DNA of 64,000 nt from Candidatus Aalborgicola bjergmarkensis (GTDB lineage: Bacteria; Pseudomonadota; Gammaproteobacteria; Burkholderiales; Burkholderiaceae_C): positions 150,505-214,504 of the forward strand of contig JADJFE010000002.1 of NCBI GenBank assembly GCA_016708725.1, read 5' to 3'. Both the position numbers and the translations under genes were made by a program. Position 1 is the stretch's first letter; every line of letters starts with the position of its first letter. Below are positions 31,066-40,625 of the stretch, in pieces. The notes below the pieces were generated by a model that did not search any database, had not been told where the DNA came from, and saw only the letters and a program-made list of their open reading frames with translations.

Positions 31066-32519
31066 CCCCGATAGATATTCGTGCCAGTGTGCTCACCTTG
31101 CACCAACAGAGCACAGGTTTACGTGAAATCAGCCGGGTGCTGCATCTCTCGCGCAACACCGTGCGAGGCATCCTGCGCGAGCCACAAGGCGTGCAAACAC
31201 CTGCCCACCCGGTGAATGAGGTCACCCAACAACAACTCACCGAAGTCTATGCCAGAGCCAAAGGTAACGCCGTGCGTATGGCCCAGATACTGGCTGATGA
31301 GTACAAGCTGCACCCGCCCTACAGCACCCTCACGCGCTGGGTGCGCCAAGCTGAACTGCGCCAACCACCCAAGCGCTCCGGCGAATACCACTTCGAGCCC
31401 GGCCAGGAGATGCAGCACGACACATCGCCCCATAAGATGGAGGTGGCGGGCAAGAGCATTACCGCCCAGTGTGCAGGTCTGACCTTGGCGTACTCGCGGC
31501 GTTTGTTTATCTGGTACTACCCACGATTTACCCGCTTTGAGGCCAAGGACTTCTTGTTGCGCGCAGCCCAGTTCATGGACGGCACTTGCCCACTTTGCGT
31601 GATCGACAATACCAGCGTCATTCTCGCTGGTGGTGCTGGGCCTGATGCGGTATTCGCACCAGAGATGGCCGCCTTTGCACGCGCCCTGGGCTTCAAGTTT
31701 ATGGCACACCGTGTCAATGACCCTGATCGCAAAGCCAGAATCGAGCGCCCCTTTGCATGGGTTGAGGACAACTTCCTGCCTGGGCGCAGTTTTAGCTCTT
31801 TCGATGACTTGAACGCACAGGCGCTCAAGTGGTGCGTTGAAGTGGCCAATGCCAAGCCAAAACGCAGTCTGGGCATGGCACCTGAGGTGGCGTACGTGAT
31901 GGAGAAGCCTTACCTCACCAGCCTGTCAATCGTCTTGCCAGCAGTCTACGAGGTGTTTGAGCGGGTGGTGGACTTGTACGGTTTTGTCAGCGTCGACACC
32001 AACCGGTATTCGACACCTGAACGGCTGGTGAGTAAGACGGTGACGGTGTACAAGCATTACGCCAGTATCGAGATTCATTACAAACGCACCCTGGTGGCCA
32101 GTCATCCCCGTTTGCTGGGTGTGCGTGATGCGCGCTCCACCTTGCCCGGGCATCACACCATACCCAAACGCACGCCTCGCCAGCCTTCGCTACAGGCGCA
32201 GTTGTTGTGTGGTCAATCTCCTGTTCTTGATGCGTACGTCACAGCGCTCATCAAGCACCTCAATGGGCGTGGTACACGGGCACTGAACCGACTGCTACAG
32301 ATTAAACGGACCTACCCAGCGCAGCCGTTCCTAGCAGCGCTGGAGCAGGCGCTCAAGTACGGTCTGTTTGATTTGACGCGACTGGAGTCCATGGTGTTGC
32401 GCCATGTGGCAGGCGACTTCTTTGCGCTAGGTGAGAGCAGCCATGACAACCTCCCCAATGAACCGGATGATAAAGACGATGAGCAAACCAAAAACGACAG
32501 CGACCCCGACCCCGCGTGA
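31062..32519 (+). CDS. istA: IS21-family transposase
   Basis: HTH start; PGQEMQHD, LAYSR, IDNTS, KARIERPF (DDE), FVSVDTNRYS.P. Confidence 0.92.
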   Translation: MTPIDIRASVLTLHQQSTGLREISRVLHLSRNTVRGILREPQGVQTPAHPVNEVTQQQLTEVYARAKGNAVRMAQILADEYKLHPPYSTLTRWVRQAELRQPPKRSGEYHFEPGQEMQHDTSPHKMEVAGKSITAQCAGLTLAYSRRLFIWYYPRFTRFEAKDFLLRAAQFMDGTCPLCVIDNTSVILAGGAGPDAVFAPEMAAFARALGFKFMAHRVNDPDRKARIERPFAWVEDNFLPGRSFSSFDDLNAQALKWCVEVANAKPKRSLGMAPEVAYVMEKPYLTSLSIVLPAVYEVFERVVDLYGFVSVDTNRYSTPERLVSKTVTVYKHYASIEIHYKRTLVASHPRLLGVRDARSTLPGHHTIPKRTPRQPSLQAQLLCGQSPVLDAYVTALIKHLNGRGTRALNRLLQIKRTYPAQPFLAALEQALKYGLFDLTRLESMVLRHVAGDFFALGESSHDNLPNEPDDKDDEQTKNDSDPDPA

Positions 32520-33287
32520 GGCCTTGCACGCATTGCTAACGGAGTTGAAATTCAAAGGCATGGCGCGTGTGCTGGACAGCGAACTTGATCGCGCTGAGCG
32601 CAATGGCACCTCTTGCGCAGAGGTGGTGCAACGCCTGCTAAGCGAGCAGGCTTCGTTTCAGCGGGAACGCTCATTAGTCAATCGGGTGGCGCAGGCACAC
32701 CTGCCCTGGCAATGGACGATCGACACCTTTCCCTTTGATCGCCAAAGCGGGGTGAATAAGGCACAAATCCTCGGTCTTGCCGACTTGGAGTTTGTGCGTC
32801 GCGCCGACAATCTGGTGCTCATTGGTGGCACCGGCACCGGCAAGACCGGCATCGCTCTGGGACTATTGCGCCAGGCCTGCATCAATGGCTGGCGGGGGCG
32901 CTTTACAGTGCGCAGGCGCTGCTCGATGAGCTGTATGCCTCGCTGGCAGATCGCTCCACAACCAAGCTGCTCACGGCGCTTGCACGTATGCAGCCGCTTT
33001 GCATTGACGAGCTGGGTTACTTGAACTTGAAGACAGAACAGACCAACGCGTTCTTTCGTCTGATGGATCAACGCTATGGGCGGGTGAGCACCATCATCAC
33101 TACGAATTTGGACTACCCCCAGTGGTACGAGTTGTTTAACAACAAGCCGCTGGTCGATGCCTTGCTTGATCGGCTGCAGCACCACTGCATCACCATCCGC
33201 ATTGAAGGTGCATCTTTGCGCACCAGCGCACCTGCCACAGCACCTGTGCAGAGCTCAACCAGTCCTGCGAGCCCCAAGGCAAAGTAA
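32479..33287 (+). pseudogene. istB: IS21-family helper ATPase, 1-nt frameshift near 32903
   Basis: GGTGTGKT Walker A in one frame; IDELGY, STIITTN and ALLDRL.HH in another; restoring one T in CGCTTTACAGT gives GRFYSAQALLDEL. Confidence 0.9.
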
Positions 33288-34923
33288 AACCGTCTCACCA
33301 CCGCCGTGCAGTATCTGCTTGATGGATAAGTAGGGGGTCGGCGTGGATATGTGGACAAGCTTGCAAAACGCCCAGCTTGACCACATACCCACACCTCCCA
33401 CCCGTACTTACCCACAAGGGTCTTGCCCACGGGCCTGACGCGCTTCGCTTGCCAAATTGCCATTTGAAAATAAAACCATGAAGACCAATACCAAGACAAA
33501 AACCCGGGGCAACGCCATCCAGTTGCATACGCACAAAACGAGAACAGCTTAAATTAACTGAAAATTTTGTCTTGACTCTCAGTTCCACCTTACACCGGTT
33601 CACCAAGTATCAAAACCGGTATTCTGCCAACAACGCAAGAGCCTCGATTTGATCAGCAACGGTGATGGATGCAGCAATCAATCCATCACGGAAGGTGATC
33701 ATGCTCAGTCGAGCAGGGTGGCAACCCATGCTTGCGTAACCAAATTTCATCTTCAAACGGGTTGCTTCTTCAATGAACTGAAGTCGCTTCTTCACGCACA
33801 TTGGTCGAGCCAATGATCGCCGATTCTGTTTCCTGCAGGCCATCAAGTTACAAACAGCCGCGCAACCGGTGGGTCAGCTTTCTGTGAGCACAGGTGGGTC
33901 AGTTATTTTGAGCGCCGAAGGTCGATCTGGTTTTTTACTGTCTTGGGGTCTTGAGTATTGCCAGAAAATACCTCAATGCCCAGCGGCACTCCGTAGCCAT
34001 CGCACAGTAAACCAATGACAATCTGGCTTTTGCCCTTCTTGCCGTCCCGGTTGTAGCCAAAGGCTCCGAGTTCGTTACATGAACCCTCCAGATAACTGCT
34101 GGTGACATCGTAGAGAAACAGTCCATCTGATGTACGTTGTGCTGACTTGTTCGTAACCTGCTCAGGTGCGCTCTGTGTGTGATGCTGTGCGCTGTAGTTG
34201 CTTGCTTGAGAGTGTGTAAAAGCGTTTTCTCAATGAACTCCTGTTGCTCGGTGAGCCAACCAAGGTTTTGGTACAAATCGTCTTCATCAAAACGTGGCAA
34301 ATCCAAAATTCCGCATGCGTGAACGCGTGCCAGGCGCACCGCAGACAGCCGTGAGCCTTGGTCTATTGCGCGTGCCAACACCTGCCACAACGCAAGACGA
34401 CCTGCACGCTCTGAACCCAAAGCGCTCGTAATACCCAACTCACGCGCAAGTTCTGCGAGTAGCCAGATCGCACCAATGGACTGCCCTTGATGCAGTTGCG
34501 TGCATCAAATCAATGTCACTGACAACAGCGGTCTTTGCCTCAGCAATGGGGTGTCTAGCTGGGGTACCTTTGGGACAGAAATAGGCCCGTCAAGTTGAGC
34601 AGACAGCGTGCTCAATTGATCCTTGTGTTTGAAGGCCAAGCGCATGGCTGCAATATCTTGTTCAGAGCACTTGCTTAGGTTAGCAATGGTGCGATGCTTG
34701 ACCTTTCCGCCATCGCGAAAGCTTTCACGCAGAAGATAACGGGTGTATGATTTCTCGCCGTTACGAACAGTAGAAGCGTCGATATACATAGTGACTACAA
34801 ATATAGTCAAAAAACTGCAAATTACCAATGAAAAAATAAATTTTCTAAAGAAAAATTAGTGGCTACAAAATTGCTAAGTCATTGATTTAGATAGATGTGG
34901 CAAAGGTTATGGGGGAAGATCCG

Positions 34924-35055
34924 TTGCAATGCCTTGGCCACTGAAGACTTACCCGCACCGTTTTTGCCCAGTAACAGCGATGAATGCTTGCCTTGCGGCT
35001 TGAGCTCAAAGTTCTGAAAGGTCTTGAAATTGTGAATGTACAGACGTTGCAACAT
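34924..35055 (-). pseudogene. AAA_21-type ATPase, 5' part
   Basis: MLQRLYIHNFKTFQNFE...LLLGKNGAGKSS Walker A; joins in frame to 28177 across TTGCAA. Confidence 0.88.
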
Positions 35056-35140
35056 GTTGGCGCTACTCAAGTAAGAAACTAAACGAATTGTCGGCGATGT
35101 CCAACTCGGATTGAAAGCACCTTTTCCTGCGAAATGTTCT

Positions 35141-36058
35141 TCATTGACCCCCAAACCCCCGCACCAACGCCCGGCAAGCCGCTGCGGGGTCCGGCGACTG
35201 GGTGATGGCCGAAATCACCGCTGCGTAGGCGTGGCACAGTGCGTGGGTGGTGGCCATCTTGGCCAGCACCACAGCGTCGGCCACGCAGTAGCCACAAGCC
35301 AGCGCCGCAGCGGCGGTGGATGCAAAGGTGCAGCCAGTGCCGTGATGGTGATGGGTATTCACGCGCGGCAGGCTCAACCAGCCGCTGGTCTGGGCGCATT
35401 GCAGCCAGTCGCTGGCCAGGCCTGTGGCGGGTGCTGCGTCGCCCCCGGTGATGGCCAGCGGCGGCTGGTTCTTCGTACCAGATGTCTGCCCGATGTGCAG
35501 GCCCAGGCGCCTGGCTTCCGCGCGGTTGGGTGTGGCCAGGGTGGCGCGCGGCAGTAGCTCTTGCATGTAGGTCTGCACCAGTGCGTCGTCAGCAAAGCTG
35601 GCTCCGGTGGTGGCGCCCAGTACCGGGTCCACGACCAGGGCCAGCGCATGGCCTCTTCCCCGCAAACGGTCCACCCAGTCGCACACCACGCGCAGATTGT
35701 CCACGCTGCCCAGCAGCCCGGTCTTGATGGCCTGTGGCGGCAGGTCTTGTGCGAGCGCGGCCAGCTGGGCATCCAGCAGAGCGGCGCTGACCGGCTCCAC
35801 GTGTGTGACGGACACCGAGTTTTGCGCGGTGATGGCGGCCACTGCCGTACACCCATGCACGCCAAAGGCTTGCAAGGCCTTGAGGTCGGCCTGCAGTCCG
35901 GCGCCAGCACCTGGGTCGGAACCGGCCACGCTCCAGACCACGGGACGCATGTCGGCGGCCAGCGAGCGCACTTCAGTGCCAAATGTGCCTAATGTGCCTA
36001 ATGTGCTCAATGTGCTTGCAGCCCTTGTGGGATGTGCGGGAGCAGCTTCTTTTTTCAT
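35141..36058 (-). CDS. thiD: Hydroxymethylpyrimidine/phosphomethylpyrimidine kinase joined directly to the last about 25 codons of thiE
   Basis: SVAGSDPGAGAGLQADLK, TAQNS, IKTGLLG, VVDPV, TPNRAEA, HGTGCT; ends AVISAITQSPDP (ThiE tail). Confidence 0.9.
   Translation of the reverse strand: MKKEAAPAHPTRAASTLSTLGTLGTFGTEVRSLAADMRPVVWSVAGSDPGAGAGLQADLKALQAFGVHGCTAVAAITAQNSVSVTHVEPVSAALLDAQLAALAQDLPPQAIKTGLLGSVDNLRVVCDWVDRLRGRGHALALVVDPVLGATTGASFADDALVQTYMQELLPRATLATPNRAEARRLGLHIGQTSGTKNQPPLAITGGDAAPATGLASDWLQCAQTSGWLSLPRVNTHHHHGTGCTFASTAAAALACGYCVADAVVLAKMATTHALCHAYAAVISAITQSPDPAAACRALVRGFGGQ
35982..36017. repeat. 4 x 9-bp in-frame tandem repeat (AATGTGCYY) in the thiD 5' end
   Basis: AATGTGCCT AATGTGCCT AATGTGCTC AATGTGCTT. 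Confidence 0.8.
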
Positions 36059-36065
36059 AGTAGAT

Positions 36066-36160
36066 TCACAGCAGGATGGGGTGGCCTGCGACGGGTGTGG
36101 ACGCTACCGCCATGTCCTGACGCGCCATGATTCCGGCCTCAAAGGCCAGTCGCCCGCCTC
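36066..36160 (-). pseudogene. thiG: Thiazole synthase C-terminal remnant
   Basis: GRLAFEAGIMARQDMAVASTPVAGHPILL-stop resembles the ThiG C-terminus; lies directly upstream of thiD. Confidence 0.75.
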
Positions 36161-36182
36161 GCTGCCATGGGCCAGCTGGCGG

Positions 36183-36253
36183 GCTGGTATGAACCAGATC
36201 AAGTTCACGGGTTCGGCATCCATCTCAGCGCAACCATTGCGCACCCCGGACAA
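36183..36253 (-). ncRNA. TPP riboswitch aptamer, 3'-truncated
   Basis: Minus strand GGGGTGCG...GCTGAGA...GAACCCGTGAACTTGATCTGGTTCATACCAGC; the expected G(T/A)AGGGA P4'/P1' strand is absent. Confidence 0.85.
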
Positions 36254-36717
36254 AGGGCGAGTGTACGTAGGGGATGCGTCCCTTGACCGGATGTCAACTG
36301 CGCCCGGATGCAGCGCAGGTGAACATGGCATCCACACACATCGGCGCGGTGGCTTTCATCCACCAGTTTGGCTCCAGTCTGAACGAATTAGGGTCGTACA
36401 TCTAATTCACTATTGGAAAAATTAAACGAACGTTCGTACAGTTCCACGCGACCGTCACCGGTTTTTTATTAAATGTCTAAATTTTTAAACGTGGAGTTCG
36501 ATCATGCAACAAGTCTCAAAAAGGCGCCCTCTTTTCTTCCGCGCCGCTTTCGTTGGTTGTGCTAAAGCACTAACCGTCGAGGATTCCTCTACAGCCGATG
36601 TCGCCTGCTGGTTCAAAAAACCTACGGCGGCGAATTTAATCTGATGTGAACAGTCTGGCAACCATTGCCGTGTTGACTGAAATTGCAAACAAATCGGTTT
36701 TTTTTTAGGGGACTATC

Positions 36718-37728
36718 ATGAGCAACCAATTACTGGTGTTGGAGTCAGGTTTTCAGGTACCGTCGACTTACACCTTCACCCAGAGCGAGCGCCTCAGCTA
36801 TTTGAAGAACTATGGCGTTCATTCCATGGCGTTTTCAACCTTGCAGCCTGATATGGAGTATTTTGATGTTCCAGGGGTTGGGTATATTGCGTATGCCCGC
36901 TACCTGGGCTTGAAGTTTGTTCTGTCAGATCCAATTTGTGATCCATCACACGTGGAGTCGATGCTCAATCGCTTTGTTGCCAAGTATCCGAATGCAGTAT
37001 TTGCACAAGTTACCAAGAACGTGGTGGACATACTGCACCGCAATCACGGTTATTTCGGTACCCAGTTTGGGTCCGAATCCAAAATACCGCTGGCCGACTG
37101 GGATCTGCGCGGCAAGAAAAAACAGATCATTCGCACGGCCATCAACCAGGCCGTCGCACAGAATGTCGAGATTCGCGAGGGTTGTTTTGATCACTATACC
37201 AAGAAGATTTCCGAATCGTGGATCAAGACACGCAAGTGCAAGAGCAATGAGATCCGTTTTCTGATCCGTCCCATGCTGATGAGCTACAAGGAAGGCACGC
37301 GTTACTTTTATGCCTACCAGAATGGCGAAGCAGTGGGCTTTGTATTTTTTGACCCCATTTACCGCAATGGCAAACTGGTTGCTTATGTGCCGAACATTTC
37401 CCGTGCTTGTGCCACGTTCAAGCAGGGATTGTGGTATCCCATGATGGCACACGCCATGGAGGTATTCAAGGCCGAAGGGGTGGAGTATCTGGACATGGGT
37501 CTGATACCACTCATGCTGGACGATGAGATGGAAGCGCAAGAGTCACGTTCCCTGCGTTCGGTGCAAAACCTCATATCGAAGTGGGGAAACTCTCTCTACA
37601 ACTTCAAAGGTTTGGGGTTTGCCAAATCCCGATTCCAGGGGCGTATCGAAAAAACTTACTGCTGCCACCGCAACCAGTTCCCCGGTTTTGCCATGTTTGC
37701 CATGTTCCGGTTAACGCGCCTTATCTGA
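36718..37728 (+). CDS. DUF2156 / MprF C-terminal (aminoacyl-tRNA-dependent transferase) domain protein without membrane domain
   Basis: LSDPICDP, DWDLRGKKKQ.IRTAIN, GFVFFDP, EGVEYLDMGL, YNFKGL.FAKSRF. Confidence 0.75.
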   Translation: MSNQLLVLESGFQVPSTYTFTQSERLSYLKNYGVHSMAFSTLQPDMEYFDVPGVGYIAYARYLGLKFVLSDPICDPSHVESMLNRFVAKYPNAVFAQVTKNVVDILHRNHGYFGTQFGSESKIPLADWDLRGKKKQIIRTAINQAVAQNVEIREGCFDHYTKKISESWIKTRKCKSNEIRFLIRPMLMSYKEGTRYFYAYQNGEAVGFVFFDPIYRNGKLVAYVPNISRACATFKQGLWYPMMAHAMEVFKAEGVEYLDMGLIPLMLDDEMEAQESRSLRSVQNLISKWGNSLYNFKGLGFAKSRFQGRIEKTYCCHRNQFPGFAMFAMFRLTRLI

Positions 37729-39777
37729 GGCCTTATCTGAGTCGTTTGCACTACCCAAGGTCTCGTAAAAACACAGGGTGTTGCGGCCCTTGGATTTTGC
37801 CTGGTACATGGCCAGATCGGCTTGTTTGATGATGTCTATTGGATCGCCTGCGCGCCCCAGGAACAGGGTGACACCCATGCTGGGGGTCAAGGTGTGGATA
37901 CGCCCTTGCAGGGTATAGGGATCATTCAGACTCAGCAGGATTTTGTGCCCCACGGCATTGGCATGTTCGCGTGCATCCGATGCGGTGCTGCCAATATTTT
38001 GAATCAGCACGACAAATTCGTCACCACCGAGCCGCGCCACCGTGTCAATGGCGCGCACGCAGTGCTGCAAACGCTGCGCGACTTCTTGCAACAACAAATC
38101 ACCGGCATCATGGCCGTAGGTGTCGTTGAGTAACTTGAATTTGTCCAGGTCCAGAAACAGCAAGGCACCATAGCTGCTATTGCGCTGGCTGGCCGCGCGC
38201 GCAATGTCCATGCGGTCCATCAACAAGCGCCGGTTGGGCAGACCCGTCAGCGTGTCGTGGAACGCCAGATGTTCAATGGCTTTTTGTGCCTGCTTGCGCT
38301 CGCTGATGTTGCGCGCGATGGCGATCAGGCGTTCTTCTTCTCCGCTTTGGGTTGGCTTGCGCACGACCGAGAGTTCAAACCACTGCCAGCCTTGCGCCAG
38401 TTCCAGGCTGTATTGCTTGCCGCTGGAGCGGCCATTGGCCAGCGCTTCGTTCAAGGCACTTAAACAGATATCGGCTGCCTCCTGGGGCAATATCTCGGAG
38501 ATATGGCGGTTGATCTGGTATTCCACTGGCGCAATCAGGTCGCTGGTGTTGTGGCTGTGAATTGCACGGTAATGGCCATCGGCGCTGAATTCGAACACCA
38601 GATCGGGCAATGCGTTAAGCGTGGCTTGCAGCTCGGCCTGGGTGGCGAGCAGTTCTGCTTCCATCTGTTTGCGTCTGGATATATCCATGACGGTCCCCAC
38701 CATGCGCAGCGGCTGGCCATCCTGGCTGAACTGCACGACCTTGCCCCGGTTACTTAACCAGACCCAGTGCCCATCCTGATGGCGTGCCCGGTATTCTGCC
38801 TCGTAAGCGTTTGCTTCACCATGAAGGTGCGCACGCATGGCCTTCAAGGTGCCTGGCAGGTCATCGGGATGAATCAGATGCCCCCAGGGGCGTGCATATT
38901 TGCTCTCGGAAATATCGCGCCCCAGCATGGTGCAGGTGTGCTCATCCATGCGATAGCCTTTTTCCACGGTCAGATCGTGGTCCCAGCGGCCCAGGTCGGC
39001 GCCCATGATCGCCAACTCCAGTTGCTCGGTAATCTCGCGCAGCAGAGCCTCGGAGCGCTTACGCTGGTGGATGTCGCGCGCAACACCCACGATGCCGATG
39101 ATGCGCTCGTTCGCGTCGCGCAGTGGCGTTCGGATGATTTCAAAAAGAGTGCCCGAGGTCTGATTGGCGCGATCCATGACCTCTTCGCTGACCACGGGTC
39201 TGCCTGCCTGGAGCGCGGTACGGTCACCCTTGAGAATGTGTGCGGCGAAAACCTGGTCCACCCAGTCGCTGTCACAGCTTCCCACAATATCGCTCGTTCT
39301 GGCATGGTAGCCTGCCGCAAAAGCGTCATTGCAGCTCAGATACACACCATTGATATCCTTGACCCACACCCTGTCGGGAATCATTTGTAGCGCGGCAGTG
39401 GCAGCGTGTTGCTGTGTGATGTCTTCAACGGTACCTTCAAGGTACAAAGCTTCACCCCTGGCATCACGTACCAGGTGGGCCTGTTCACGAATCCAGATGC
39501 GCTCTTTGGATCGGATGCGCCTGGCTTCAGAAACGAAGTCCACAACCCGCCCCTCCAATTCGAGCAAAGAGCGAAACTGCGAATGCCTGCTATGATCCAC
39601 GTAGCAGTTGCTGACAAGCGGCCCGTCATCCGTCAAACACTCGGTTTGACTAGAATAACCGTATATTTTGAGCCAGGCAGCGTTTACATGCAGCAGCCTA
39701 CCATCGGGGTTGGCACGGTAAGCTCCGATGGGCAGCAGGTCAAACAACGTGGATAAATCTGGGACATCGTGGGACAA
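37711..39777 (-). CDS. Multi-PAS GGDEF diguanylate cyclase
   Basis: Four PAS-like units; FHDTLTGLPNRR, DLDKFK.LND, RLGGDEF. Confidence 0.93.
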   Translation of the reverse strand: MSHDVPDLSTLFDLLPIGAYRANPDGRLLHVNAAWLKIYGYSSQTECLTDDGPLVSNCYVDHSRHSQFRSLLELEGRVVDFVSEARRIRSKERIWIREQAHLVRDARGEALYLEGTVEDITQQHAATAALQMIPDRVWVKDINGVYLSCNDAFAAGYHARTSDIVGSCDSDWVDQVFAAHILKGDRTALQAGRPVVSEEVMDRANQTSGTLFEIIRTPLRDANERIIGIVGVARDIHQRKRSEALLREITEQLELAIMGADLGRWDHDLTVEKGYRMDEHTCTMLGRDISESKYARPWGHLIHPDDLPGTLKAMRAHLHGEANAYEAEYRARHQDGHWVWLSNRGKVVQFSQDGQPLRMVGTVMDISRRKQMEAELLATQAELQATLNALPDLVFEFSADGHYRAIHSHNTSDLIAPVEYQINRHISEILPQEAADICLSALNEALANGRSSGKQYSLELAQGWQWFELSVVRKPTQSGEEERLIAIARNISERKQAQKAIEHLAFHDTLTGLPNRRLLMDRMDIARAASQRNSSYGALLFLDLDKFKLLNDTYGHDAGDLLLQEVAQRLQHCVRAIDTVARLGGDEFVVLIQNIGSTASDAREHANAVGHKILLSLNDPYTLQGRIHTLTPSMGVTLFLGRAGDPIDIIKQADLAMYQAKSKGRNTLCFYETLGSANDSDKASDKAR

Positions 39778-39869
39778 AGCCGAGTTTCCTTGCTAGGTGG
39801 TGGATTTTCAGTGTAACAAAGCGCCCTGGGCGCCAACCATAAATTACTTTAAACCAAACCGGAGTCCCC

Positions 39870-40625
39870 GTGCGACTGGCCTTGCTGTCCGATATCCACG
39901 CCAATTTGCAGGCATTTGAAGCCTGCATTGCCCATGCCCGCGCCCAGCGGGCGCAACGCTTTGTTTTTTTGGGTGATTTGGTGGGCTATGGCGCCCATCC
40001 GGCGGAAGTGGTCGAGCGTGTCATGCACATGGTGCGAGAAGGCAGCGTTGCCATCCAGGGCAACCACGATGCAATGGCCGTGGATCCTCCGGCAAAGGTC
40101 AAAACGGTAGGCGCAAGTACTGCCTCCTGGACACACGACCAGCTCGGCAAGGAGCAGCTTTCCTGGCTTAAGAAATTGCCCTTGACACTGCACCACAAAA
40201 ATCTCCTGTTTGTGCATGCCAGCGCCCATGAGCCCGAAACATGGCCCTATGTCTACGACCAGGATGCCGCCAAGGTCAGCATGGATGCCGCCATGGCAAA
40301 CTGGCCCGATGTGCATTACGTGTTTAATGGCCATGTACACGCACAAACGCTGTATTACCGGGCAGGAGGCAATAGTCTGGTGTTATTCAAACCGCAGCCG
40401 GGTATCGCCATTCCGGTGCCCCGGCACCGGCAGTGGCTTTGCACCGTGGGATCGGTCGGTCAACCACGCGACGGCAACCCTGCGGCCATGTACTGCATGA
40501 TGGATACGCAACGCGCACAATTGACCTATTACCGCGTACCCTATGACCATTACGCTGCGGCCACATCCATTCGCCACGCAGGTTTGCCGGATTTTTTTGC
40601 CACCAGACTGGAGGAAGGACGTTGA
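39870..40625 (+). CDS. Metallophosphoesterase (calcineurin-like)
   Basis: SDIHAN, LGDLVGYG, QGNHD, FVHAS, GHVH, VGSVGQPRD. Confidence 0.93.
   Translation: MRLALLSDIHANLQAFEACIAHARAQRAQRFVFLGDLVGYGAHPAEVVERVMHMVREGSVAIQGNHDAMAVDPPAKVKTVGASTASWTHDQLGKEQLSWLKKLPLTLHHKNLLFVHASAHEPETWPYVYDQDAAKVSMDAAMANWPDVHYVFNGHVHAQTLYYRAGGNSLVLFKPQPGIAIPVPRHRQWLCTVGSVGQPRDGNPAAMYCMMDTQRAQLTYYRVPYDHYAAATSIRHAGLPDFFATRLEEGR

Larger units (their letters stand above)
29168..33920. mobile_element. Element with IS21-type ends inserted in the IS1634 transposase
   Basis: Inverted ends CTTTGGCGCTCA / TGAGCGCCGAAG with repeated TGACCCACC subterminal motifs at both ends; 7-bp duplication GTCGATC (29161-29167, 33921-33927); removal restores transposase ...NQ-IDKLAARF. 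Confidence 0.85.
28178..34923 (-). mobile_element. IS1634-family element, degenerate, containing nested insertions
   Basis: 13-bp inverted ends CGGATCTTCCCCC (28178-28190) / GGGGGAAGATCCG (34911-34923); 6-bp target duplication TTGCAA (28172-28177, 34924-34929); transposase pieces YLLRESFRDGGKVKHRTIANLS, GYNRDG, VGDRGMI, LDGCYVIKT, RPLYVRL..HTRGH in several frames. Confidence 0.9.

Noticed and set aside
33610-33846. ORF as the istA of the outer IS21-ended element
   Set aside because: No HTH or DDE motif in any frame I checked.
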